Part shown: positions 16,441 to 26,720 of the stretch, piece after piece
How positions within the stretch are numbered: the stretch's first letter is position 1
Layout: each line of letters opens with the position of its first letter
Assembly (NCBI GenBank): GCA_043810165.1
Contig: JBDROJ010000023.1
Location: forward strand, 4,675-68,674
Length of the DNA: 64,000 bases
Reading direction: 5' to 3'
Source: a bacterium
GTDB taxonomy: Bacteria > Patescibacteriota > Patescibacteriia > Magasanikbacterales > GWA2-37-8
Made by a program: the position numbers and the translations under genes
The notes under the pieces: generated by a model
What the model was told of the DNA's origin: nothing
The model's input: only the letters and a program-made list of their open reading frames with translations
Databases searched by the model: none

Positions 16441-16759
16441 TGACCTGTTTTCCAAGCTAGTATTACAAAGAAGCCAGAAATCTTGGAGAATTTCGCTTAA
16501 ATTAGCCTTGCCTGGCAGACAGGCGGGTCAAATCACGGCAAATTTACCACATTAATTTGCTGTGTGCAAGGAACATAAACATGCTAACCTTGCCATTTTT
16601 TTATAAAATTTAGTATTTTAACAAAAAACGCCACTTTATGGTGGAGTTTTTTATTATCAAAAGCGATAAACAGTAGTAAATAGCGAATTGTTGTTATTAT
16701 CTATTTACTATTGTCTATCGTCTATTAATTATTTACTATTTTACTAATCAAATATTACT

Positions 16760-19700
16760 ATGCCTTCAGTTTTTAAGCGCCAACCTCTTAAGACAAAAGA
16801 GAGAAAATATTTTGCTGATACTCGATCAACCGTGCCCATGCCAGATTTAATTGAAGTGCAGAAAAGTTCTTATGATTGGTTTTTGAAAAATGGTATTAAA
16901 GAATTGTTTGAAGAGACTTCCCCGATTACCGATTTTAGCGGTCGTGACCTAGAAGTCTATTTGGAAGATTATTATCTGGATGACTCAAAATTTGATGAAG
17001 TTACTTGTCGAGAGCGCAATATTACCTACGATGCTCCTTTACGCGTAACCGCCAGATTAGTCAGTAAAAAGACAAACGAGGTAAAATCGCAAGAAATTTA
17101 TTTGGGAGATATCCCTTTAATGACACAACGTGGTACCTTTATAGTCAATGGCATTGAAAGAGTAGTTGTTTCCCAATTAATTAGAAGCGCTGGAGCATTT
17201 TTTACGGCCGAGACAGTGCGTGGAAGACGTTATTATGGTGCCAAAATTATTCCTAACCGCGGTGCTTGGATTGAAATTGAAACCGATTCTAATAATGTGA
17301 TTTGGGTTAAAGTAGATAGAAAGCGCAAAGTAGCTATTACTTCTCTTTTGCGTGCTTTTGGTTATGAGTCAGATGAAAAATTAATGGATTTATTTAAAGA
17401 TATTAACACTCATCCGAATATTGATTATATTGAATCAACTTTGCAGAAGGATGTTGCTAAAAATGAAGATGATGGCTTGATTGAAGTTTATAAAAGAATA
17501 AGACCGGGCGATTTGGCGACTTCTGACAACGCCAAAGGTTTGATACACGCCATGTTTTTCAATTTTGATCGTTATGATTTGGGTAAGGTTGGTTTGTATA
17601 AATTTAATACGAAATTTGATTTGGGCTATGACACCAAAGATTTTGATGACAAAGAAAAACGCGTGTTGTCCCCTGAAAAATTATTAGCAGTTGTAAAAGA
17701 GGTAATAAGATTAAACGTTACCCAAGAAGAACCGGACGATATTGATCATTTGGGCAATCGTCGCATTCGAGCTGTTGGTGAATTGGTGCAAAATCGTTTT
17801 CGTGTAGGTTTGGCACGAATGGAGCGCATCATCAAAGACAGGATGAGCACGCAAGAAATTGAAAATCTGAATCCAAATAAATTAATTAATGCCCGTCCAG
17901 TAATTAGCGCTATCCGTGAGTTTTTTATGAGCTCGCAGTTGTCTCAATTTATGGATCAAACCAATCCCTTGTCCGAATTGGAGCATAAAAGGCGTGTAAG
18001 TGCTTTGGGCCCTGGTGGTTTATCTCGCGATCGAGCAGGTTTTGAAGTAAGAGATGTTCATACCACACATTACGGGCGTATTTGTCCGATTGCCACACCA
18101 GAAGGACCCAATATCGGCTTGGTAAATCATTTGGCTAGCTATGCTAAGGTAAATGAATATGGTTTTATTGAGACGCCTTATCGCAAAGTTTTAAAAGAAG
18201 TTGATAATAAAGCCGAATTAACTGAAGGTGAGATTTTATTTGAAGATGTAGAAAAAATTGAAGCCGGTACTAAAATTACTTCGGATATAGCTAAAAAATT
18301 GGCCAATGTTAAGTTGGAAAAAATTAAGATAAAGCCCAGAGCCACAAATGAGATTGTTTATCTCAATGCTTTTAAAGAAGAAAAATCCATAACTGCTTCG
18401 GCCACGATTGATCTTGATGAATCTGGATATTTCATGGGAGAAAATGTACCTGCTCGCATCTATGGACAGCCAGGCACGGTGAAAACCGATCAAATTGATT
18501 ATCTTGACGTATCATCTAACCAAATTGTTAGTGTGGCTACTTCCTGTGTTCCATTCTTAGAGCATGATGATGCTACTCGCGCTCTTATGGGTTCAAATAT
18601 GCAACGCCAGGCCGTACCTTGCATAAAGGCTGAAGAGCCGATTGTGGGCACAGGCATAGAAGCCAAAGCCGCTGTTGATTGCGGTCATATTATATTGGCC
18701 GAGTGTGACGGCGAAGTTGTTGAGTTGGATGGTGCTCATATGGTGATCAAAGATCAAAAAGGTGAAAAATATACTTATAATTTAAATAAATTTATTCGTT
18801 CAAATGCTTCTACATGCGTGAATCAAACTCCAGTAGTGAATTTGGGAGAAAAAGTTAAGAGAGGACAAGCATTAACTGATGGACCAAGCGTGAGCAATGG
18901 CGAATTAGCCCTGGGTCAAAATGTATTGGTTGCCTACATGATTTGGGACGGCTATAATTATGAGGATGCCATAATTGTTTCAGAATGTTTGGTGCAAGCT
19001 GATCGATACACTTCTATTCATATTGAAGATTATACCATTGATGTACGTGAGACCAAATTAGGTTCAGAAGTTGTTACATCTGATATACCAAATGTCAGTG
19101 AAGAAAAATTAAAAAATTTGGATAGTGAAGGCATAGTTCGCATAGGTGCTGAAGTAAAATCAGGAGATATTTTAGTGGGTAAAATTACCCCTAAGGGTGA
19201 AACTGAATTAAGCGCTGAAGAAAGATTGTTAAGAGCGATTTTTGGAGAAAAAGCTCGAGATGTGCGTGACTCTTCTTTGTATTTAGAGCACGGCGAACAT
19301 GGCCGTGTGATTGGCATTAAGATTTTTTCAGCCGAGCAGGGCGATAAATTACAGCCAGGAGTTGTTAAACAAGTACAAGTTAGGGTGGCTGATATGCGCA
19401 AGGTGCAAGTAGGCGATAAAATGGCTGGCCGACACGGCAACAAAGGTGTAATTTCCAGAGTGGTACCCCGTGAAGATATGCCATTCCTGGCTGATGGCAC
19501 GCCTGTTGATATTATCTTATCTCCTTTGGGAGTTGTTTCCCGCATGAACTTAGGACAGTTGCTAGAAACTCATATCGGTTTAGCAGCTAATGCTTTGGGC
19601 TATAAGATGGCCACTCCTGTTTTAAATGGTCTGACAGAAGAACAAATTAAACAAGAATTAATCAAAGCAGGCTTTCCGGAAAATGGCCAAGTAACTTTGT

Positions 19701-20191
19701 ACAATGGCCGTACCGGCGAAGCTTTTGATCATCAGGTGACGGTCGGCTACAGCTATATGTTAAAATTGAACCATATGGTTGAAGATAAAATTCACCAGAG
19801 ATCTATTGGTCCGTATAGCTTGATCACTCAACAGCCATTGGGAGGCAAGGCTCAATTTGGCGGACAGCGTTTTGGTGAAATGGAAGTTTGGGCTTTGGAA
19901 GCTTATGGGGCCGCTCATATTTTGCAGGAAATGCTGACTATTAAGTCAGATGATGTGCCAGGGCGATCTAAAGCTTATGAGTCCATCATTAAAGGTGAAG
20001 AAATCAGCAAAATTAATTTGCCAGAATCATTTAATGTTTTAGTGCGTGAATTAAAAGGATTATGTTTGGACGTTGAATTGTTGAAGAGATCTGAATCAGG
20101 CGCGTATATTACCAGCGATGAATATAAAAAAGAAAGAGCGGATGTTGAACGTTCAATTGACGAAGAGGATAAAATAGTAGAGCAAGAGTAG
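16760..20191 (+). CDS. rpoB: DNA-directed RNA polymerase subunit beta
   Basis: 1143 aa. Conserved RpoB motifs throughout (e.g. GEMEVWALEAYGAAHILQEMLTIKSDDV). Confidence 0.97.
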   Translation: MPSVFKRQPLKTKERKYFADTRSTVPMPDLIEVQKSSYDWFLKNGIKELFEETSPITDFSGRDLEVYLEDYYLDDSKFDEVTCRERNITYDAPLRVTARLVSKKTNEVKSQEIYLGDIPLMTQRGTFIVNGIERVVVSQLIRSAGAFFTAETVRGRRYYGAKIIPNRGAWIEIETDSNNVIWVKVDRKRKVAITSLLRAFGYESDEKLMDLFKDINTHPNIDYIESTLQKDVAKNEDDGLIEVYKRIRPGDLATSDNAKGLIHAMFFNFDRYDLGKVGLYKFNTKFDLGYDTKDFDDKEKRVLSPEKLLAVVKEVIRLNVTQEEPDDIDHLGNRRIRAVGELVQNRFRVGLARMERIIKDRMSTQEIENLNPNKLINARPVISAIREFFMSSQLSQFMDQTNPLSELEHKRRVSALGPGGLSRDRAGFEVRDVHTTHYGRICPIATPEGPNIGLVNHLASYAKVNEYGFIETPYRKVLKEVDNKAELTEGEILFEDVEKIEAGTKITSDIAKKLANVKLEKIKIKPRATNEIVYLNAFKEEKSITASATIDLDESGYFMGENVPARIYGQPGTVKTDQIDYLDVSSNQIVSVATSCVPFLEHDDATRALMGSNMQRQAVPCIKAEEPIVGTGIEAKAAVDCGHIILAECDGEVVELDGAHMVIKDQKGEKYTYNLNKFIRSNASTCVNQTPVVNLGEKVKRGQALTDGPSVSNGELALGQNVLVAYMIWDGYNYEDAIIVSECLVQADRYTSIHIEDYTIDVRETKLGSEVVTSDIPNVSEEKLKNLDSEGIVRIGAEVKSGDILVGKITPKGETELSAEERLLRAIFGEKARDVRDSSLYLEHGEHGRVIGIKIFSAEQGDKLQPGVVKQVQVRVADMRKVQVGDKMAGRHGNKGVISRVVPREDMPFLADGTPVDIILSPLGVVSRMNLGQLLETHIGLAANALGYKMATPVLNGLTEEQIKQELIKAGFPENGQVTLYNGRTGEAFDHQVTVGYSYMLKLNHMVEDKIHQRSIGPYSLITQQPLGGKAQFGGQRFGEMEVWALEAYGAAHILQEMLTIKSDDVPGRSKAYESIIKGEEISKINLPESFNVLVRELKGLCLDVELLKRSESGAYITSDEYKKERADVERSIDEEDKIVEQE

Positions 20192-20232
20192 AAAATCATT
20201 TTTTAATTATTTTTTAATTATTTTTCTATATT

Positions 20233-23200
20233 ATGTCTGATTATAAATTAAATCCAAATGATTTTGACGCCATCCGTTTGCGCTTGGCCTCACCAGAAGT
20301 GATTAAAAGATGGTCTCAGGGCGAAGTTCATAAGCCGGAAACTATTAATTATCGCACGCAGAAACCAGAAAGGGGCGGGCTATTTGCCGAGGAAATTTTT
20401 GGGCCTACAAAAGATTGGGAATGTTATTGCGGTAAATATAAGAAGATTCGCTATAAAGGAATTGTTTGTGATAAATGCGGAGTGGAAGTAACTCGTTCTT
20501 CAGTACGTCGTGAGCGCATGGGTCATATTGAATTATCTGCACCAGTCTCTCATATTTGGTTTTTACGCTCCGTGCCTTCTAAAATTGGTTTAATTTTAGA
20601 TCTATCTGCTCAAGCTTTGGAAAAAGTAGTATATTTTGCTTCTTTTATTATATCTGATGTTAACGAAGAAGAGAAAAAAAATACCTCCGATTTATTGCGC
20701 CAAGAATATAAGAGCAAGCGCAGGCAAATTCAAAAGGAAGCTGAAAAGAAAATGCAGGAGGCTAATGACAAGAAAGCAGATAAGAAAGTTCTAGAAGACA
20801 TCCAAGTTCAGGCCGAAAGAAAATCAAAAGCTTTGGAAGAGGATTTTCAAAAAGCAGACAAGGAATTAAAAGAAATACAGGTACTAAAGATTATTTCTGA
20901 AAACAAGTATCAAGAATTATCTTTGCGATATGGCCATTTGTTTGAAGCGGCCATAGGCGCTGAAGGCGTGCGTGGTTTGCTGGAAAGGATTAATGTAGAT
21001 GAAACCATTAAAAAATTGGAAGATGAGCAAGAAAAAGCCAAGGGCGCTAAACTGGAAAGAATTATCCGTCGTAAAAAAGTTTTAAAAAGTTTTAGTTTAA
21101 ATAATATTAAGCCAGAGTGGATGGTTTTGAAATCAATCCCGGTAATTCCTCCGGATCTTCGACCAATGGTGGCTTTGGACGGTGGCCGTTTTGCCACTTC
21201 TGATTTAAATGATTTGTATCGCCGTGTGATTAATCGCAACAACCGCTTGCGCCGTTTGATTGATTTGGATGCCCCTGAAGTTATTTGTCGCAATGAAAAA
21301 CGCATGATGCAGGAAGCGGTAGATGCTTTAATTGACAATAATGCCCGTCATTCCAAAACCGTGACTGCTTCTACTGGTCAGAAAAGACAACTGCGTTCTT
21401 TGGCTGACATCCTGAAAGGCAAACAAGGCCGATTCCGCCAGAACCTATTGGGAAAGCGCGTGGATTATTCAGGTCGCTCTGTAATTGTGGTAGGTCCTAA
21501 TTTGGATATTGATGAGTGCGGTCTGCCAAAGCGCATGGCTTTAGAATTATTCAAACCTTTTATCATGAGCGAAATTATTAAGCAGGAATTAGCTCACAAC
21601 GTACGCAGTGCTTCTCGTTTCGTTGAATCTGAACGCGATGAAGTTTGGGATATTTTGGAAGATCTTACCAAGACTACGCGCGTATTGTTAAATCGTGCTC
21701 CTACTTTACATAGATTGGGAATTCAGGCTTTTCATCCAAGATTGATTGAAGGCAAGGCTATTCAATTGCATCCTTTGGTGTGTACAGCTTTTAACGCTGA
21801 CTTTGATGGAGATCAAATGGCTGTTCATTTGCCGTTGACAGTGGAGTCCCGCTGGGAGGCTGATAATTTGATGGCTGCTGAAAAGAATATGCTTAAGCCG
21901 GCTACTGGTAGCCCAGTAATTACTCCTAAACAAGATATTGCCTTGGGTTGCTATTACCTAACTCAATTTAAAAAGGATGATAAGGCTGATGTAAAAAAAT
22001 ACTTTGGCTCTGAAAAGGAGGCCATCTTTGCTTATAAAACACGTCATATTAATTTACAAGAAAGAATCAAGGTTCGTTTCAGCGACTTAAGCAAGTTTCC
22101 CAAAGATACTGATTCGCTTGTTGAGACATCGGTTGGTCGTATTCTATTTAATGAAGTATTACCCAACAAGCTTCCATATTTGAATGAAGTTGTTGATGTT
22201 AAAAAATTGGCCATGATTATTCGTCTAGCTTTGGAATTGTGTAATAAAGAAGACGTGGCTCCGTTTGTAGACAGATTGAAGAATATGGGATATCGCTATG
22301 CCACCAAGTCGGGTTATTCTCTTGGAATGGAAGATTTTCCTACTATTCCGGAAAAACCAGGATTGTTAGAAGAAGCAGAAGCTTTGGTTTGTCAAGTAGA
22401 AGATCAATATCAGGAAGGATTGTTAACAAAGTCAGAAAGATTGACCAAAGTATTAAATATTTGGGCTGAAACCAAAGATCGAGTAGTTGCTAAAAATCAG
22501 CAGGCCTTGGATAAAGATGGCCCCGTATTTGCCATGATTGATTCTGGAGCGCGCGGTAGCTGGGGGCAATTAGGCCAGGTTATTGGTATGAAAGGCTTGG
22601 TAGCTTCTCCTTCAGGAGAAACCATAGAACTGCCGGTACGTGGCAACTTTAAAGAAGGTTTTAGCGTGTTGGAATTTTTTATATCATCACATGGTACTAG
22701 AAAGGGTCTATCTGATACGGCTTTGCGTACAGCCAATGCAGGCTATCTTACCAGACGCTTGGTTGATGTCTCACAAGACGTAATAGTAGTTGAGGATGAT
22801 TGCGGAACCGAAGGAGGCGAGTTATTTACAATTGAGCAATCAAAAGAAATGGGACAAAAATTATCCGAACGCGTTTGGGGCAGGTATGTGATGGAAGATG
22901 TAAAGGCCGGCAATAAGAAGATAATAAAAGCCGGAGAGTTGGTTGATGACAAAGCTGTTCGGTTGATAGATGAACATGAAATTAAGGAAATTAGAGTGAG
23001 AAGTATTTTACAATGCAAATTAAATAAAGGTATTTGTCGCAAGTGTTATGGATATGACCTTGCATATAACAAGCCAGCTGAAAACGGCGCGGCTGTTGGC
23101 ATTATCGCGGCTCAATCAATTGGTGAGCCAGGAACACAGCTGACCATGAGAACTTTTCATACTGGTGGTGTGGCAGGAGGCGGTGATATTACACAAGGTC

Positions 23201-24108
23201 TGCCACGAGTTGATGAGTTGTTTGAAGCGCGTAAACCAAAGAAACAGGCTGTATTGGCAGAAGTGGCTGGTGAGATTGAAATAGAAGAAGCTGACGGCAA
23301 AATCATTACCTCTCCTACCGGCAGAAAAATATTTGAGGGACGCCGTGGCCAGAAAATTGTTCATATTCATTTTTCAGGAATGGATGAAATGAAGATTAAA
23401 GTTAAAAAGAGTGATGAAGTTTTGGTCAAAGATGGTGATGTGGTTAAGAAAGGTCAAGTTTTGGTGGTAGTAGGCAGTTCCGGCGAAGAAATAAAGTCAA
23501 AATATACTGGTTCCGTTAAGATTGAAAAGAATACCATTATTTTGACTTACGAAGGTCCGCATGTAAGAGACTATATTGTCCCACTTGGCTACAAAATTCA
23601 TGTGAAGACCGGAGACCAGGTAGAAAAAGGTCAAAGATTGACTGATGGCAGTATTAATCTTCATCAGTTGTTTGAGCTTAAAGGCAGAGGATCTGTACAA
23701 AGATATATATTAGAAGAAGTACAAAATATTTATTCTTCTCAAGGACAGAAAGTTAATGATAAGCATGTTGAATTGATTATTAAGCAGATGTTTAGCCGTG
23801 TATATATAGAAGACGCTGGTGAGACCGATTTATTGCCAGGCGAGGTGGTGGAAAAGGCACAGTTGGATACATCTAATTTGCAGGCCAAAAAGAATAAGCA
23901 GAAATTAGCTGTTGGCAGAGAGGTGTTTATGGGCATTAGCAGAGTTGCCTTGTCAACTCAAAGTTTCTTGTCAGCCGCTTCTTTCCAAGAAACAGCTCGC
24001 GTGTTGATTAACACAGCAATTACCGGGAAAATTGATTATTTGGAAGGACTGAAAGAAAATGTAATTATAGGTAGTTTGATACCGGCCGGTACTGGTTACA
24101 GAGATTAA
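20233..24108 (+). CDS. rpoC: DNA-directed RNA polymerase subunit beta'
   Basis: 1291 aa. Zn-finger CYCGKYKKIRYKGIVCDKCGVEV and catalytic NADFDGDQM. Confidence 0.97.
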   Translation: MSDYKLNPNDFDAIRLRLASPEVIKRWSQGEVHKPETINYRTQKPERGGLFAEEIFGPTKDWECYCGKYKKIRYKGIVCDKCGVEVTRSSVRRERMGHIELSAPVSHIWFLRSVPSKIGLILDLSAQALEKVVYFASFIISDVNEEEKKNTSDLLRQEYKSKRRQIQKEAEKKMQEANDKKADKKVLEDIQVQAERKSKALEEDFQKADKELKEIQVLKIISENKYQELSLRYGHLFEAAIGAEGVRGLLERINVDETIKKLEDEQEKAKGAKLERIIRRKKVLKSFSLNNIKPEWMVLKSIPVIPPDLRPMVALDGGRFATSDLNDLYRRVINRNNRLRRLIDLDAPEVICRNEKRMMQEAVDALIDNNARHSKTVTASTGQKRQLRSLADILKGKQGRFRQNLLGKRVDYSGRSVIVVGPNLDIDECGLPKRMALELFKPFIMSEIIKQELAHNVRSASRFVESERDEVWDILEDLTKTTRVLLNRAPTLHRLGIQAFHPRLIEGKAIQLHPLVCTAFNADFDGDQMAVHLPLTVESRWEADNLMAAEKNMLKPATGSPVITPKQDIALGCYYLTQFKKDDKADVKKYFGSEKEAIFAYKTRHINLQERIKVRFSDLSKFPKDTDSLVETSVGRILFNEVLPNKLPYLNEVVDVKKLAMIIRLALELCNKEDVAPFVDRLKNMGYRYATKSGYSLGMEDFPTIPEKPGLLEEAEALVCQVEDQYQEGLLTKSERLTKVLNIWAETKDRVVAKNQQALDKDGPVFAMIDSGARGSWGQLGQVIGMKGLVASPSGETIELPVRGNFKEGFSVLEFFISSHGTRKGLSDTALRTANAGYLTRRLVDVSQDVIVVEDDCGTEGGELFTIEQSKEMGQKLSERVWGRYVMEDVKAGNKKIIKAGELVDDKAVRLIDEHEIKEIRVRSILQCKLNKGICRKCYGYDLAYNKPAENGAAVGIIAAQSIGEPGTQLTMRTFHTGGVAGGGDITQGLPRVDELFEARKPKKQAVLAEVAGEIEIEEADGKIITSPTGRKIFEGRRGQKIVHIHFSGMDEMKIKVKKSDEVLVKDGDVVKKGQVLVVVGSSGEEIKSKYTGSVKIEKNTIILTYEGPHVRDYIVPLGYKIHVKTGDQVEKGQRLTDGSINLHQLFELKGRGSVQRYILEEVQNIYSSQGQKVNDKHVELIIKQMFSRVYIEDAGETDLLPGEVVEKAQLDTSNLQAKKNKQKLAVGREVFMGISRVALSTQSFLSAASFQETARVLINTAITGKIDYLEGLKENVIIGSLIPAGTGYRD

Positions 24109-24127
24109 TTTTAAATTTTGATATTAT

Positions 24128-24165
24128 ATGGAGAACGTTTAATCAACGTTCTCCATTTGTATTAA
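24128..24165 (+). terminator. rpoC terminator, 12-bp perfect hairpin atggagaacgtt-taatca-aacgttctccat followed by a T-rich tract
   Basis: Read directly from the sequence. Confidence 0.6.
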
Positions 24166-24217
24166 TTTAGATTTTACATTAGAATACCATATATTGAACT
24201 CATATTAAGTTTTAATT

Positions 24218-24940
24218 ATGTCAGGACATTCTAAATGGCACAATATTCAAGCCCGCAAGGGCAAGCAAGATGCTAAACGAAGCGGTATGTTTAGTAAAAT
24301 TAGTAAAATGATTACAGTGGCTGTTCGCTCTGGCGGTGGAGATATGGATACTAATTTTTCTTTGCGTTTGGCAATTGATAGAGCTAAAGCCGGGGGTTTT
24401 CCCAAAGATAATATAGACCGTGCCATTAAAAGCGGTACAGGCGAATTAAAAGGCAACCAAATTGAAGAAGTAAGTTATGAGTGTTATGGACCGGGCGGAG
24501 TAGCCATATTAGTTAAAGGTTTTACTGACAATAAGAATAGAACAGTTTCTGATATCAAACATATTTTATCTAAAAACGGTGGGTCAATGGGCGGATCTGG
24601 CAGTGTAATTTGGATGTTTGACCAAAGAGGTGTTGTGGTAGTTGACAAAGGCAAAATATCAGATAGAGAAGAGTTTGAATTAGAAATGATGGATGCTGGA
24701 GCCGAAGAAATTCAAGATATTGAAGATAATAAAATTAAGATTGATACTAAAATTGAAAATTTAAAAATGGCTTTGGATAAATTAAAGAATTTGGTAATTG
24801 AATCGGAAGAATCTGGCATGGAATGGGTGGCTAAGGATAAAGTAAAAGTTGGATCTGATGTGGAATCTAAATTAAATAATCTATTTGAACACTTAACTGA
24901 CCATGATGACGTTGAAGATTTTTATACTAATGCTGAATAG
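24218..24940 (+). CDS. yebC: YebC/PmpR-family DNA-binding transcriptional regulator
   Basis: MSGHSKWHNIQ...RKG start and overall length are typical of YebC. Confidence 0.9.
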   Translation: MSGHSKWHNIQARKGKQDAKRSGMFSKISKMITVAVRSGGGDMDTNFSLRLAIDRAKAGGFPKDNIDRAIKSGTGELKGNQIEEVSYECYGPGGVAILVKGFTDNKNRTVSDIKHILSKNGGSMGGSGSVIWMFDQRGVVVVDKGKISDREEFELEMMDAGAEEIQDIEDNKIKIDTKIENLKMALDKLKNLVIESEESGMEWVAKDKVKVGSDVESKLNNLFEHLTDHDDVEDFYTNAE

Positions 24941-24945
24941 TAGTT

Positions 24946-25443
24946 ATGAATAAATCCGAGATAATTTTAGGTATTGATCCAGGTTTTGGCAGAATAGGCT
25001 GGGGCGTGATAATTCAAGAAGGCAAAGATTGGTTGCCCGTAAATTACGGCTGTATTGAAACTGACATGAAAGAAAGGTTTGTCGATCGGCTTGCTGAATT
25101 ACATAAGGAGGTTAAAAAAATCATCAAAAAATACAAGCCAACGCGCATGGCCGTAGAAGACCTATTTTTTTTCAAGAATTTGAAAACTGCTATAAAAGTT
25201 GGACAAGCGCGCGGAGTGATTTTGTTGACTGGCGTGGAAAATGGCCTAGCCATTGATGAGTTTACTCCTTTGCAAGTCAAACAAGCCATTACTGGTTATG
25301 GCCGAGCCGAAAAAAAACAGATGCAGAAAATGGTGCAAGCCATTTTGAGTTTAAAACAGCCCATTGAATCTGATGATGCGGCTGACGCTCTGGCTGTTGC
25401 TTTATGTGCCGGACAGAGTTTATGGGTAAAGAAATATGATTAA
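24946..25443 (+). CDS. ruvC: crossover junction endodeoxyribonuclease RuvC
   Basis: ILGIDPGFGRIGWGVI N-terminus and the MAVEDLFF acidic catalytic motif. Confidence 0.9.
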   Translation: MNKSEIILGIDPGFGRIGWGVIIQEGKDWLPVNYGCIETDMKERFVDRLAELHKEVKKIIKKYKPTRMAVEDLFFFKNLKTAIKVGQARGVILLTGVENGLAIDEFTPLQVKQAITGYGRAEKKQMQKMVQAILSLKQPIESDDAADALAVALCAGQSLWVKKYD

Positions 25444-25894
25444 AGAAAAATTTGTTTTAGTATTGCCGAGCATACGCAGTGGCCATAATGTTGGCGCGAT
25501 GTTTAGGACTGGCGACGCGGTTGGCGTGGATAAAATATATCTGACCGGATATACTGCATGTCCGCCACATACACAAATAGACAAAGTTTCTCTTGGCGCT
25601 GAAAAATGGATTCCATGGCAGTATTACAAAAGCACTGGTTGTTGTTTGAATAAACTAGAGAAAATGGGGTATAATATAGTAGCACTTGAACAGACAGATA
25701 AAAGCAAAAATATATTTGATTGGAAGCCCAATTTTCCTCTAGCTCTGGTGGTTGGAAATGAAGTAAGAGGGGTTGATAAAAAGTATCTAGATAGATGCAG
25801 TGAACATGTGGAGATCCCCATGAGAGGACGAAAGGAGAGCTTGAATGTAAGCATAGCAGTCGGGGTGGCCTTGTATTATATAAAAAATCTTTGA
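25436..25894 (+). CDS. SpoU/TrmH-family RNA 2'-O-methyltransferase (TrmL-like)
   Basis: LALVVGNEVRGVD...ESLNVSIAVGVALY SPOUT knot motifs. Confidence 0.8.
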   Translation: MIKEKFVLVLPSIRSGHNVGAMFRTGDAVGVDKIYLTGYTACPPHTQIDKVSLGAEKWIPWQYYKSTGCCLNKLEKMGYNIVALEQTDKSKNIFDWKPNFPLALVVGNEVRGVDKKYLDRCSEHVEIPMRGRKESLNVSIAVGVALYYIKNL

Positions 25895-26664
25895 TTTGGA
25901 CAAAGCAAATGTGCTCGGTCTGGGGTAGTAGTAATTATTTTTTAATTATTTTTATGTCTGTATACACTTTACAATTGTTTCGTCATCTTTTTGAAAATTT
26001 ACCGCCTTTATTTCCAGACGATCTTGTAAAAGAGATTGAACAGCGCCTGCAAGAATTTGAACAATCCGGAGAGGTGCTTATTGATGAATTGGAAAAAGAA
26101 ATGGTTAAATATGGATACCATGTTTGGCCTTATGCACAGGCACATAAAGAATTTTTGTATAAGGCCCAAGATAAGTTGGCTGATCATTTTTTATTGCCAT
26201 ATCTTAGCGATGGATTGCAAAAGAAATATTTAGAGTTGAGAGATTATGGAGAGAGCTGGGATCGCGTTTATAATGGGCAGACAATCCATCATTTTGATAG
26301 TGGAGAAAGAGTTTTACTGGCCAGAGCTTTTATCCAGGCGCGCAACAAATTAAAACAGTATGTTGAACAGGAAATAAAAGGAACCGGGAGAGATAAATAT
26401 CTGCAAAGAGTGGGTAAGTATAATCAAATTTTGGGAGAAATGAAAAATGAATTAGATAATTTAAAAGAATTAGCTGAACAAGAAAAAGATCATCCGGTTT
26501 TAGCCAGAGAGCTCGGAGCCAAAATACAAGACATTGAGCACAGTCTGTGCCTATTGGGTAGAGAACTGCAACATCATGAATTATTTAATGCAAGAGAGCA
26601 CTTTATAGGCCGTAAAGAAGAATTGAGCCGTTTGCGAGGTATTCATGAGCCATTGATTTTATGA
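25891..26664 (+). CDS. hypothetical alpha-helical/coiled-coil protein (start ambiguous: TTG 25891 or ATG 25909/25954)
   Basis: Track ORF. Charged, helical sequence with no recognised domain. Confidence 0.45.
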   Translation: MIWTKQMCSVWGSSNYFLIIFMSVYTLQLFRHLFENLPPLFPDDLVKEIEQRLQEFEQSGEVLIDELEKEMVKYGYHVWPYAQAHKEFLYKAQDKLADHFLLPYLSDGLQKKYLELRDYGESWDRVYNGQTIHHFDSGERVLLARAFIQARNKLKQYVEQEIKGTGRDKYLQRVGKYNQILGEMKNELDNLKELAEQEKDHPVLARELGAKIQDIEHSLCLLGRELQHHELFNAREHFIGRKEELSRLRGIHEPLIL

Positions 26665-26671
26665 TTTGGTC

Positions 26672-26712
26672 AAAAAAATATCCCCGGATGTGTATTCGGG
26701 GATATTTTTTAA
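26672..26712. terminator. bidirectional terminator (atatccccgga-tgtgtat-tcggggatat flanked by A7/T6)
   Basis: Between convergent genes 25891..26664(+) and 26721..27743(-). Confidence 0.6.
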
Positions 26713-26720
26713 TAATTTTT

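Noticed and set aside
18236-23936. Multiple 60-171-aa minus-strand ORFs inside rpoB and rpoC (e.g. 19030..19545, 20910..21338)
   Set aside because: Antisense to highly conserved RNA polymerase genes; serine/leucine-rich artefacts.
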